Shown here: positions 20,577 to 30,219 of the stretch, piece after piece
How the letters are laid out: every line of letters starts with the position of its first letter
How positions within the stretch are numbered: the first letter of the stretch is position 1
Assembly (NCBI GenBank): GCA_965238005.1
Contig: OZ250165.1
Location: 3,392,001-3,456,000 of the forward strand
Source of the DNA: Longimicrobiales bacterium
Lineage (GTDB): Bacteria > Gemmatimonadota > Gemmatimonadetes > Longimicrobiales > Gaopeijiaceae
Direction of reading: 5' to 3'
Length of the DNA: 64,000 bases
The notes under the pieces: model-generated
What the model was told of the DNA's origin: nothing
Databases searched by the model: none
Seen by the model: only the letters and a program-made list of their open reading frames with translations
Program-made: the position numbers and the translations under genes

Positions 20577-22227
20577 CTATCTTCCTGGTGATTCCACTCT
20601 CGATGGGTTCGGAAGCCAAGTCGTCCGCACCCTCGGCAGCCACGTATCGGGCACGCATCCGGTGCCAGATAGCCCGAACCCCCGTGACCACCCCCAGCCA
20701 CACCAGTACGAACGCCCCGGCCCACCCGAACACTCTCGGGAAGAAGCCGACGATGGCGGCCGCCGCGATCGCCATGATCGAGACGGTCCCGAGGATCGTC
20801 CGATCTTCCCGCTCCAAGGTGCGGTGGCCGGCCAGGGCTCCTCCGAAGGAAGCGCCGGCGCGCATGAAGTGGGCGAGCCGCCACGGTCTGGTGGAGCCTC
20901 CCGTGTCCATCAGGGCTTCGAGCCGCTGAGTCAGTCCCCCCTCGGGCTCGAGCGGGGTCTTGGGAATTTCGCTGCATGTGGGTAGGTGCTCGGCCTGCGT
21001 AACGGTGCGTATGCTTCGACTCCCGGGGAGCACGATCTCGGATGAAGACGCCAGATCCGCGAGGAACAGGCCCTCGAGCTGCCCGGCAAGTGACGCATCC
21101 ATAACGCCGACGTCTATCTCCCAGTTCCCCAAGAGACTCCAGGCGTTCAGGTTGCTGGAGCCCACCCGACACCAGAGCCCGTCGGCCACCGCGGTCTTCG
21201 CGTGGATCATGGCACCCTGCCACTCGAAGAGGCGAACTCCGTGATCCAGCAAGTGGCGGTATCCGGCCCTCGACAGGCTTCCGACCAGAGGCCAGTTGTT
21301 GTTCGCAGGCACCAGTAGCCGGACGTCGACTCCTGCGTGGGCCGCCTCGGTCATGGCCTCGGCGACGATGCCCGGGGCCACGAAGTAGGGATCCGTTATC
21401 CACAGGCGCTCCTGGGCCATGGCGGCCACGAGCGTGAGGGTCCGCATCACCCGGCTTCGCCGGGGCTCGCCCTCGATGAGCCAGACGGACGTATCCCCTG
21501 CCGGGTCCGTCCGCCCTTCCAGGGCATGGGTCGGGAGGGGCTCCCCCATGACGTCCCATATGCGTCCGAACGCCCGGGCAGCCACCCCGGCCGCCGGTCC
21601 CCGGATCTCCACCCCGGTGTCACGCCAGGGAGGCTCGTCACGACTGCCCGCCCACTCCTGGCCCACACAGAAGCCCCCGGCGAAGGCCACCTCGCCATCC
21701 ACGACCACTAACTTCCGGTGATCCCGCTGGAAGATGCCGTAGGGGTCACGAACGGACGGGCGGTTGAAGGCCCGAACCTCGATGCCCGCCTGCCGGAACG
21801 GCTTCCAATAGCGGCGGGGCGTCGCCCAGCAGCCCAACCAGTCGTAGAGCAACCGGACTTCGACGCCCTGCCGTGCCTTCTCGATCAGGACGTCACGGAA
21901 GACCCGTCCGACGTTGTCGTTCCTGAGGATGTAGTTCTCGAAGTGGACGTATCGGTTGGCGCCCTCGATGGCTTCGATCCAGGCATCGAACGTGACGGGG
22001 CCGTCGAACTGGAGCCCCACCGCGTTTCCCGCGATCTCCGGCGATCCTGTGGCACGGGCGAGCATGTCCGCACTCATCCCCGGCAAGCCACCTCTTGCGG
22101 AGGCCGAAGACTCGACCACGGGCTGGCGTGATGCTCCACCCGTGGTCCGGCCAGGCTCTTCCGGCATTGACGGGATCGCGGTGTCGTCAGGTGGATTCAT
22201 CGAGATCGTTGGTCGACGGATTGTCAC
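20560..22227 (-). CDS. Cardiolipin synthase-like phospholipase D with C-terminal TM helices (start uncertain)
   Basis: Two HKD motifs: HRKLVVVD and HAKTAVAD; GSSNLN. Confidence 0.88.
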   Translation of the reverse strand: MTIRRPTISMNPPDDTAIPSMPEEPGRTTGGASRQPVVESSASARGGLPGMSADMLARATGSPEIAGNAVGLQFDGPVTFDAWIEAIEGANRYVHFENYILRNDNVGRVFRDVLIEKARQGVEVRLLYDWLGCWATPRRYWKPFRQAGIEVRAFNRPSVRDPYGIFQRDHRKLVVVDGEVAFAGGFCVGQEWAGSRDEPPWRDTGVEIRGPAAGVAARAFGRIWDVMGEPLPTHALEGRTDPAGDTSVWLIEGEPRRSRVMRTLTLVAAMAQERLWITDPYFVAPGIVAEAMTEAAHAGVDVRLLVPANNNWPLVGSLSRAGYRHLLDHGVRLFEWQGAMIHAKTAVADGLWCRVGSSNLNAWSLLGNWEIDVGVMDASLAGQLEGLFLADLASSSEIVLPGSRSIRTVTQAEHLPTCSEIPKTPLEPEGGLTQRLEALMDTGGSTRPWRLAHFMRAGASFGGALAGHRTLEREDRTILGTVSIMAIAAAAIVGFFPRVFGWAGAFVLVWLGVVTGVRAIWHRMRARYVAAEGADDLASEPIESGITRKIDDRIG

Positions 22228-23201
22228 TCGCCTTCGAAGCGGTACCCAATGAGCTTATACACCAGCTTGGCCACAAGAAAGTCCGGGGCATGCACGCCGG
22301 GAGTGGGGGCGAGCTCCACCACGTCGCAGGCGACGACCCTTCTCTCGCGGAACACGCGCCTCAGGAAGCGGAGGGTCCGATACCAGTCCCCTCCCCCCGG
22401 CTCCGGAGTTCCCGTGGAAGGCACCAGGGAGGGGTCGAAGTAGTCCACATCGAAGGTCAGGTAGACCGGTTCGCCCAGGGCTGCCAGGGCGCGATCCATC
22501 CAGGTGTCATCCTCCCACATCTCGTCGGCCCAGATCAGGGTGATCCCCTCGTGTGCGTCGGCCACCCCCACCTCTTCCTCGCTCACCCCACGGACTCCCA
22601 CCGACACCAGGTCCGCCACGTCCAGGATGCGGGCCATGGCGCAGGCATGCGAGTGGGCCGTGCCCTCGAACTCGGCTCTGAGGTCCGCGTGTGCGTCGAG
22701 CTGAAGCACGTTGAGGCGCTCGACCCGAGCGGCCTGGGCTCGGATGGCCGGAGCCGAGACGGTGTGTTCCCCGCCGAGCATGATCAGGAACCGGTCCTGG
22801 GCCACTTCAGCCACCCGGACGTACGCGCTCCCTAGCTCGGCCATGGCGGCAGGGGCACCGTCACGGCTCAGCTCCAGAGCCGGAAGTGTATGGATCCCCA
22901 CCGTCGAAGGGTCGGTCCCGAGCTCCTGGTCGTAGAGCTCTATGTACCGTGACGCCTCGATGATGGCGCCGGGCCCGCTTCGTGCTCCGCCCCCGTAGCT
23001 GGTCGTGGTCTCGTAGGGGACGGGTAGGATCACCGCCCTGCACTTCCCGAAGTCGGTGGCCTCCTCGTCCAGCCCCAGGAAGGTGTGCGGCAGCTCCCAC
23101 GGTAGATCCGAGAGCCCCGGAGGCAGCCGTCCTGGCTGCTCTGGATCGCCCTCGGGCTCGAAGCCTCGACCGGGAGTTCGGGAAGATCGGCGATTGGGCA
23201 C
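22224..23201 (-). CDS. speB: Agmatinase (ureohydrolase); start uncertain
   Basis: GGEHT, DAHADLR, SHAC, DVDYFDP, GTPEPGG. Confidence 0.88.
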   Translation of the reverse strand: MPNRRSSRTPGRGFEPEGDPEQPGRLPPGLSDLPWELPHTFLGLDEEATDFGKCRAVILPVPYETTTSYGGGARSGPGAIIEASRYIELYDQELGTDPSTVGIHTLPALELSRDGAPAAMAELGSAYVRVAEVAQDRFLIMLGGEHTVSAPAIRAQAARVERLNVLQLDAHADLRAEFEGTAHSHACAMARILDVADLVSVGVRGVSEEEVGVADAHEGITLIWADEMWEDDTWMDRALAALGEPVYLTFDVDYFDPSLVPSTGTPEPGGGDWYRTLRFLRRVFRERRVVACDVVELAPTPGVHAPDFLVAKLVYKLIGYRFEGE

Positions 23202-23223
23202 GGAAGGGATGTGGTGGGTGCGG

Positions 23224-23724
23224 CTACAGGGTCTCGATGGGGCAGGACAGCCCCTCGGGCGTGAGCTCGATCCCGGCCTCCGAGCACTCTTTGCAGAGGC
23301 CGTAGATCTCCAGCTTGTGGTGGGCGGGCCGAAAGCCATGTCGTGCGGTGACGAGGGCCTCGATCCGGGGAAGATCCGGGCTCTGGAACTCGAGGACCTT
23401 GCCACAATTGAGGCAGATCAGATGCGCGTGAATCGGCTCCGGTGAAAGGCGGTGCTCGTACCGCTTGAAGCCCTCTCCGAAATCGTGCTCGGCCACCAGC
23501 TTGCTCTTCACGAGCAGGTCCAGCGTCCGGTAGATGGTTGCCTTTCCGATCCGCTGCCCGCTCGAGCGAAGGACTCGCTCGATCTCGTCCACCGAGAGGT
23601 GCTCGTCCGAGCCGAAGACGACCTTCGCCACAGCCTCCCGTTGATGTGTGACGGGCAGGCTCTGCTCCCTCAGGTATCGTCCGAAGAGTCGGACGAAGGG
23701 TGACGGATCGTGGAGCGTCTTCAC
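23224..23724 (-). CDS. Fur-family transcriptional regulator
   Basis: ATIYRTL helix, HAHLICLNCG, GLCKEC. Confidence 0.92.
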   Translation of the reverse strand: MKTLHDPSPFVRLFGRYLREQSLPVTHQREAVAKVVFGSDEHLSVDEIERVLRSSGQRIGKATIYRTLDLLVKSKLVAEHDFGEGFKRYEHRLSPEPIHAHLICLNCGKVLEFQSPDLPRIEALVTARHGFRPAHHKLEIYGLCKECSEAGIELTPEGLSCPIETL

Positions 23725-24140
23725 GTCTCACTGCTCTCCAGAAGCGACGGGTCGAACTCGTTCATCAACTCCTGAAACTTGTCGGGGTCGCCGGCGATCT
23801 CCACCGTCCGGGGCTCACCGAGGTCGACTTGGCTTCTCCGTACTACCCCGATCATGACCCCGGGGAGCCGATCGGGCGGTGCTTGGCCTTCCTCAGCCAT
23901 CCCCGCGTCCACGGTAAGGCTCGTTCCCGATCTCTCCGCCGAGTACTGGGCCGTGTAGAGGCGCCTCGCGCCGCCGTCGGCGAAGCAACTGGCGGCAACG
24001 AGGCCCCACTCCCTCCTTCCGCGAATCAGCGGAGGGAATACCCAGAGGCGGTCAATCTCTCCGGCGCCCAGGCTGCGAGCCACCAGCTGTAGCGTCCTGG
24101 GGATGGCCTCCGGCACTCCCGGACCACGATCATCCTTCAC
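23721..24140 (-). CDS. Conserved hypothetical protein
   Basis: Co-oriented ORF with GTGA overlap to the fur gene; globular composition. Confidence 0.6.
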   Translation of the reverse strand: MKDDRGPGVPEAIPRTLQLVARSLGAGEIDRLWVFPPLIRGRREWGLVAASCFADGGARRLYTAQYSAERSGTSLTVDAGMAEEGQAPPDRLPGVMIGVVRRSQVDLGEPRTVEIAGDPDKFQELMNEFDPSLLESSET

Positions 24141-24220
24141 GAAGTCTCTCCACGCTGCCTGCCCGGGGAGACGCAGCTTCCACCGGGGAGGCGGCATTCC
24201 GACCGGCTAACGCTTGTATC

Positions 24221-25246
24221 TTACCCCTCGGCGCCCAATCGCTCCACGGCCGCGAGGGTCGCGGCTACGACCTCACTGCGGACCTCCTCCAGCTTCCCCT
24301 CCACCAGTGCCCCGGAAGCGCGGACGTGACCGCCACCAGCGAAGCGGCGGGCCAGCTCGTTCACGTCCACTGCGCCGTTGGAGCGGAACGAGACCTTGAT
24401 ACCACCTTTGGTTGTTCTCCGAAAGAGGAGACCGACCTCCACCCCCTCCACGGAGCGTGGGTAGTCCACCAGTCCCTCGATGTCGTCGGAGGTGGCGCCC
24501 AGCTCCTCGTAATCCTTGGACGGCACGGTCATCCATGCGACTCGGGAGCCGGGGTCGACTTCGAGCTCTCCGAGGGCACTCTGCAGCAGCCGCAGCCGTC
24601 GATGCGAAGACGCACCGTAGACACGGCGGTACGTGTCCCCGGGGCTCACGCCCCGCTGGAGAAGCTCGGCCACGATGTTGTGGCTCGACGGAGTGGAGTT
24701 GCTGAAGCGAAACGATCCGGTGTCGGTGAGGATTGCCACGTACATGGCCAGATCGGCCGCAGCGGGCCACGGTCCCCCGGCCCTCAGGATGATATCGAAC
24801 ACGAGCTCGCCCGTGGCGCACGCAGTGGGATCGCGGAACGAGACACCCGCGATGGGTTGATCTCCGTGAGGGTGGTGGTCGACGACGATCGTAGTGAGCC
24901 CGTCGATGAGCGGCTTTACTCGCCCGATGCGCGGCGCCTCACCCGTGTCCAGCACGAGGGCTACGTCGGCGCCGTCACAGAGCTCCCGAGCCTCCGGTGC
25001 CGACGGATTCACCACCCACGACTCGTCCGGGACGACGAAGCGGAGCGACTGCGGCACCGGGGTCGGATTCACGATATGCGCTTCGGTCCCCCGGGCGCGC
25101 AGCCACGCAGCCAGCGCAATCTCGGATCCGATACCATCCCCGTCAGCGTTGATATGCGTGGTGAGGATGGCCGTCTCTATTCCGTCCAAGGCGTCCAGGA
25201 CCGCCTCGACGGCCGTGGACCTGGATTCTGGAGTCTGGTAGGTCAT
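24221..25246 (-). CDS. nrnA: DHH-family oligoribonuclease / PAP phosphatase
   Basis: HINADGDGIGS, DHH, TDTGSF, GGGH motifs. Confidence 0.9.
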   Translation of the reverse strand: MTYQTPESRSTAVEAVLDALDGIETAILTTHINADGDGIGSEIALAAWLRARGTEAHIVNPTPVPQSLRFVVPDESWVVNPSAPEARELCDGADVALVLDTGEAPRIGRVKPLIDGLTTIVVDHHPHGDQPIAGVSFRDPTACATGELVFDIILRAGGPWPAAADLAMYVAILTDTGSFRFSNSTPSSHNIVAELLQRGVSPGDTYRRVYGASSHRRLRLLQSALGELEVDPGSRVAWMTVPSKDYEELGATSDDIEGLVDYPRSVEGVEVGLLFRRTTKGGIKVSFRSNGAVDVNELARRFAGGGHVRASGALVEGKLEEVRSEVVAATLAAVERLGAEG

Positions 25247-25256
25247 GGACCGATCG

Positions 25257-27146
25257 CTATCCCGAGAAGGGCAGTCGCTTCCTCACATTGGCCCACGTGG
25301 AGGCCAGGTGCACGGACCAGGGCGTCGTGACACCGCTGATTCGCGCCCCCGCCAGGGCTTCCAGGAAGGCCGCCGGCTCGTTCGGATGATCCGCCACCTC
25401 CACGAACGCCCCCGCAACCTCGCCCACGGTGTGAGCGTCGGAGCCGGCCCCCCTCGCCTTGTCCCAACGGGCCGCCAACTCCTCTCCGGGCTCGTTCAGC
25501 CTGCCCGGGTGAAGCCGCGCGTTGAAAACCTCGACCACATCGACCAATGGAGCAAGCTCTTCGGCATAGCGGCCCGACGCGCCCTTGCCGCGGGCGTAGG
25601 GGTGCGGGAGGTACACGATGCCCCCCTGCTCACGGACCAGACGGCAGACCTCCCTGGCGGACGTCCCCTTGGGGATCTCCTCCCGGAGGTAGAGACCGAT
25701 CACGTCGATCCCCTCGGCTGTCTTCACCTCCTCGCCGGGGATCACCGCATCCGGAAACGCCGTCGCCATCTCCAGCGCCAGGGCCAGGCGGTTGTGATCG
25801 GTGATGGCGATGCGCTGGACCCCCTTCTCTCGGGCCGCGTCGATGACCCGGCGCGGATCGGAGAGACAGTCGAAGGAGGCCCGCGTGTGGAGGTGCATGT
25901 CGATCCTGATGCGTCCCGAGGGCGGGCCCTGCCCCGCTCTGGCCTCCTTCCGTATCCGGGCCAGGAGCCGGAAAGCCGAGTCCTCCAGCTCCTCGAGCGT
26001 GCCCTCGTTGACCAGCACGTGATCGGCCCTGTCTCGCTTGAGGCCGGGCTCCATCTGGCTGGACATGATGCTGCGTGCTTCCTTGGCGTCGAGGCCTCGC
26101 TCGCCGGTGAGCCGAGCGAGCCGCACGTCTTCCGGAGCGTCCACCAGGACGGTCACGTCGAAGTCATCTTCGAGGCCCGCCTCGAACAGGAGGGGTACCT
26201 CCGATACAGTGAGCGAGGCGCCCTCCGCGAGCCGTTCCCTCATCCACCGGTCCCGCAGCACCCGGATACGTGGATGGAGGATCGCTTCGAGGGTGGCTCG
26301 GGCCTCCTCGTCCTGGAACACTCGGGCCCCGAGGGCGGCCCTGTCCAGGGAGCCGTCTTCATTCAGTACTCCTTCCCCGAAGGCCTCCACGACGGCCGCC
26401 AGCCCCGGGCTCCCCGGCTTCACCGCCTCCCGGGACAGCTCGTCGGCGCTGATCACGGGCACTCCATCCTCCGCCCAACACCCGGCAACCGCCGACTTGC
26501 CGGCCGCAACGTTTCCGGTGAGTCCGATGGACACCGGGCCCGGGGCGCTCGACGACCCGAGGACGCGACCCTTGACCGCCAGAAACAGCACCACCGCGAT
26601 GACGGCCACGATGGCAGCCCATCCCATGCCCAGGGATTCTACGCTCACCTGCCAACCCCGCGCCGCGCCAAAGGCGAAACCCAAGCCCAAGACCCCCCAG
26701 GCGGCGATGCCCAGGAAGTCGAACACGAGAAAGCGCCGATAGGAAATTCGTGTTGAGCCGGCGGCCAGGGGCATGAGGGTGCGTGCGAACGGGATAATGC
26801 GGGCGAGGCTGATGGAGAGCACGCCGTGCCTCTCGAAGAGGGCCGAACTCCGATCCTGGTGGCGCCGGGCGCTCCTGGCCAGACGGCCCTTGCTCCGCAA
26901 GAAGCGACGACCTCCGAAGCGTCCCAGCATGAAGCCGCACGAGTCACCGAGTGCGGCGCCCACCAGGGCGGCAACCACCACCGCCCCGAAGCTGAAGTGA
27001 CCCTCGAGGGCGAAAGCCGTGGCGACGATGATGGTCGGCTCCGCCGGCAGAACGAGACCGATGATGACAGCGGTCTCGAACATGGCCATGGCTCCCACGA
27101 ACAGAGGACCGTAGACCGCCATATTGGCGCCGATCCACTCGATCAT
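25257..27146 (-). CDS. coaE: Triple fusion: DedA membrane domain + dephospho-CoA kinase + PHP phosphoesterase
   Basis: FETAVIIGLVLPAE...LGDS...ARIIPFART (DedA); GLTGNVAAGKS...HPRI...VPLLFE (CoaE); DMHLHT...ITDHN...GEE...PHP...GSDAH (PHP). Confidence 0.85.
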   Translation of the reverse strand: MIEWIGANMAVYGPLFVGAMAMFETAVIIGLVLPAEPTIIVATAFALEGHFSFGAVVVAALVGAALGDSCGFMLGRFGGRRFLRSKGRLARSARRHQDRSSALFERHGVLSISLARIIPFARTLMPLAAGSTRISYRRFLVFDFLGIAAWGVLGLGFAFGAARGWQVSVESLGMGWAAIVAVIAVVLFLAVKGRVLGSSSAPGPVSIGLTGNVAAGKSAVAGCWAEDGVPVISADELSREAVKPGSPGLAAVVEAFGEGVLNEDGSLDRAALGARVFQDEEARATLEAILHPRIRVLRDRWMRERLAEGASLTVSEVPLLFEAGLEDDFDVTVLVDAPEDVRLARLTGERGLDAKEARSIMSSQMEPGLKRDRADHVLVNEGTLEELEDSAFRLLARIRKEARAGQGPPSGRIRIDMHLHTRASFDCLSDPRRVIDAAREKGVQRIAITDHNRLALALEMATAFPDAVIPGEEVKTAEGIDVIGLYLREEIPKGTSAREVCRLVREQGGIVYLPHPYARGKGASGRYAEELAPLVDVVEVFNARLHPGRLNEPGEELAARWDKARGAGSDAHTVGEVAGAFVEVADHPNEPAAFLEALAGARISGVTTPWSVHLASTWANVRKRLPFSG

Positions 27147-27209
27147 GGCGCGGGAATCACCGGGACAGGGTCCGGGCGGGTCGGGCGAATAAAGCGGCCG
27201 GTGAAGCCG

Positions 27210-27581
27210 CTAGAACGGGCGACGCTTGGAGACGCGAAGGTCGTCTTCGTTCCCTTGCTGCCCGTCCGGCCCGAAGGATTGGATCGCGAAAGAGTCGGCC
27301 CACGACTGGTAGCTGTAGGCCCGTCCCCAGGGATCGATGCCAGCGTCTCCGGAGAAGTTGGTTTCCAGCCAGGTACTCCACTCGCGGCGACTCGGAAGTC
27401 GATACGTCTCGCGCTGCTGCCTCCGAACGGCTCTGGACAGATCCTCCATCTCCCGCTCCGCATTCCAGACGAGAACGGGTTGGAGAACCGGCATGGCCTT
27501 GTCGATGATCATCTGGCGACTGTCGGGAAAATACAACGCCGCGACGAAGCCGAAGATGAGCATGAGAACGAGTTTGGTCAC
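27210..27581 (-). CDS. Protein with GspG (pseudopilin) C-terminal-like domain
   Basis: N-terminal TM helix; DPWGRAYSY...SFGPDGQQGNEDD. Confidence 0.65.
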   Translation of the reverse strand: MTKLVLMLIFGFVAALYFPDSRQMIIDKAMPVLQPVLVWNAEREMEDLSRAVRRQQRETYRLPSRREWSTWLETNFSGDAGIDPWGRAYSYQSWADSFAIQSFGPDGQQGNEDDLRVSKRRPF

Positions 27582-27889
27582 GGCGCTGTCTTAACTTTCA
27601 TGCGCTTCCGCTTCATGTGCCTCCGCTTCATGCGCTTCCGCATCTCAGACCCCCAGCGAATATACCGCTCCATCTCTGCCAGGGGAGGCACCGCCTCCGC
27701 ATCCCCGTATGCGGTCTCCATCCGCCATTTCATGTAGCTTCTCGGCGGAATGGGGAGGAAGGGGGGCCGCAAGTACCATCCATTCGACCTGAACGCCCAG
27801 GCTGTGCCCAGAAGTCCCTGGATGAGCAAAGGCTTTCGAATTGCTGCCTTCGCCAGCCGTACGTATATCGATCCCAAGCGGATTCTCAC
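27578..27889 (-). CDS. Small hypothetical protein with basic repeated tail
   Basis: GTGA overlap with the next gene; tail MRKRMKRRHMKRKRMK encoded by a ~15-bp imperfect tandem repeat (~27597-27643). Confidence 0.6.
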   Translation of the reverse strand: MRIRLGSIYVRLAKAAIRKPLLIQGLLGTAWAFRSNGWYLRPPFLPIPPRSYMKWRMETAYGDAEAVPPLAEMERYIRWGSEMRKRMKRRHMKRKRMKVKTAP

Positions 27890-28051
27890 GGTTGCGGAGC
27901 CGTCGAAAACGCGTCCGTAAACATTTGATACAAGAATCTACCTGCGCTCCAGAACGAATTCAACGATCATAGTTCCCGAGAAGCTCCCCGCTTGCCGGGA
28001 AAGCCGTGAGCTTTCTGGGGTAGGTGGCCTGATCAAGCGGCCTCGACTAAG

Positions 28052-30166
28052 GTGTCTTCTCGTCAGAGCCCGGGAGTCCCAGTGGCCAATCGCCTGTCTC
28101 AAGAGAGCAGTCCCTACCTCCTCCAACACGCCGACAACCCGGTGGACTGGTATCCTTGGGGGGATGAGGCCTTCGCCCGAGCCAGGGAGCGGGACGTTCC
28201 CATCCTCCTTTCCATCGGTTACTCGGCGTGCCACTGGTGTCACGTCATGGAGAGGGAGTCGTTCGAGGATCCGGCCACCGCCGAGATCATGAACCAGAGT
28301 TTTGTGAACATCAAGGTGGACCGGGAAGAGAGGCCCGACATCGACTCCGTATACATGCGGGCCGTTCAAGCCATGTCGGGACAGGGGGGGTGGCCGCTCA
28401 CGGCGTTCCTCACACCAGAAGGCGAGCCCTTCTACGGAGGCACGTACTTCCCGCCCGAGCCCCGCCACGGATTGCCGTCTTTCCGTCAGATCCTCGGCGC
28501 CATCCAGAACGCCTACGGGGAGAGACGAGACGAGGTGTTGAAGAACGCCGGCGAGCTCCGAGGGATCCTGGAGCGCAGCACGGCCGAGGTGGGTGAAGGG
28601 CCGCTGACCAGCGACGGCGAGACGCTCGCCGGTGCGGGCCTCCTCGACCACGCGTACCGTTTTCTCTCCTCCCGCTTCGATCCCACCCACGGTGGATTCG
28701 GAGGCGCGCCGAAGTTCCCCCAGCCCGTGACCCTCGAGTTCGCCCTGAGAGTCCACGCCCGGACCGGCGACGACCAGGCCCTGGGCATCGTCACCCATAC
28801 CCTGCGCAAGATGGCCGGTGGGGGCATGCACGACCATCTGGCGGGCGGTTTCCACCGCTATTCGGTGGATGCACGCTGGCTGGTGCCCCACTTCGAGAAG
28901 ATGCTCTATGACAACGCCCTCCTCGCGCGGGTCTATTTGAACGCCTTCCAGGCCACCGGCGACACCGACCTGAGGGACGCGGCCGAGCGGACCCTGGATC
29001 ACATGCTGAGGGACATGCGCGACCCCGAAGGGGGCTTCTACTCCGCCCTTGACGCCGATTCCGAGGGTGAGGAGGGCATTTTCTACGTGTGGACGCCGGC
29101 TCAGGTCCGGGAGGTGCTGGACAGCGACCTGGCCACCCTCTTCGAGCGCTGCTATGACATTAGCGACGCCGGGAACTTCGAGGGAAAGAGCATCCTGCAC
29201 CTTCCCCACGACCTGGAGGTCGTCGCTCGAAGCGAGGGTATGGAGTCGGAGAAGCTCCGGGAGCGGCTTCATGAGGCGAGAAACCTGTTGCTGGAGGCTC
29301 GGAATCTCAGGGAGCCCCCATTCCGTGACGAGAAGATCCTGGCGAGCTGGAACGGCATGGCGTTCAGGGCGCTGGCGGAGGCCGGGGGAGCCCTGGGACG
29401 CGAGAGCTACCTGCAGGCCGGCGTCTCCGGACTCGACTTCGTGCTTTCGAAGATGCGACGGGACAACCGGCTTCTCCGGTCATACAAGGACGGCGTGTCG
29501 CGCATCGACGCCTTCCTGGAGGACTATGGAGCGGTCGGGAACGCTCTCGTCACAGTGTACGAGGTTACCCTCGAGCCGCACTGGCTGGACGAGATCCGTT
29601 GGATCACCGACCGGATGATCGAGCTCTTCTGGCATGCAGAGGTGGGCGTCTTCTACGACGCTCCGTCGGATGGAGAGGACCTGATCGTCCGGCCCCGTGA
29701 CATCATGGACAACGCTACGCCGTCCGGGAATTCCCTGGCCGTGGAGCTCCTCCTCAGGACGGCCCACCTCTTCGGCGATGACAGACATCAGGAGATCGCC
29801 GAGCGGGCTCTCGGCCGCGAGACCGGGTCGATGGCACGGTTCCCCTCGGCATTCGGCCGACTCCTCTCGGCTCTGGACCGTACGGTGGCAGCGTCCGTCG
29901 AGATCGCCATCGTCGGAGAGCGGGACGATCCCGCGACGGGCGATCTGCACCGGGCGGCGCTGACGCCGTACCTTCCGAACCGGACCATGGCAGGGGTGGC
30001 CCCAGGGGAGGTCCTCGACCACGCCATCCCGCTTCTGGAGGATCGAGAGGGACAAGACGGCAGGCCCACGGCCTACGTCTGCGAGGGCTACGCCTGTCGC
30101 GCACCCGTTAACGATCCCGACGCCCTGACGGAGCAGCTGCGTACTCGAACCGGATACCGGCCGTAG
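28052..30166 (+). CDS. Thioredoxin-domain protein, YyaL/SSP411 family (true start may be GTG at 28082)
   Basis: [39 protein letters not shown]. Confidence 0.93.
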   Translation: MSSRQSPGVPVANRLSQESSPYLLQHADNPVDWYPWGDEAFARARERDVPILLSIGYSACHWCHVMERESFEDPATAEIMNQSFVNIKVDREERPDIDSVYMRAVQAMSGQGGWPLTAFLTPEGEPFYGGTYFPPEPRHGLPSFRQILGAIQNAYGERRDEVLKNAGELRGILERSTAEVGEGPLTSDGETLAGAGLLDHAYRFLSSRFDPTHGGFGGAPKFPQPVTLEFALRVHARTGDDQALGIVTHTLRKMAGGGMHDHLAGGFHRYSVDARWLVPHFEKMLYDNALLARVYLNAFQATGDTDLRDAAERTLDHMLRDMRDPEGGFYSALDADSEGEEGIFYVWTPAQVREVLDSDLATLFERCYDISDAGNFEGKSILHLPHDLEVVARSEGMESEKLRERLHEARNLLLEARNLREPPFRDEKILASWNGMAFRALAEAGGALGRESYLQAGVSGLDFVLSKMRRDNRLLRSYKDGVSRIDAFLEDYGAVGNALVTVYEVTLEPHWLDEIRWITDRMIELFWHAEVGVFYDAPSDGEDLIVRPRDIMDNATPSGNSLAVELLLRTAHLFGDDRHQEIAERALGRETGSMARFPSAFGRLLSALDRTVAASVEIAIVGERDDPATGDLHRAALTPYLPNRTMAGVAPGEVLDHAIPLLEDREGQDGRPTAYVCEGYACRAPVNDPDALTEQLRTRTGYRP

Positions 30167-30219
30167 GGCGTTTGGCTATCTTATCGGCTGTCCGACCGAA
30201 CCCTGATGCCCCGGAATAG

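Noticed and set aside
27597..27643. 15-bp tandem repeat as a regulatory or contingency locus
   Set aside because: In-frame, imperfect and only about three units; it simply encodes a basic tail
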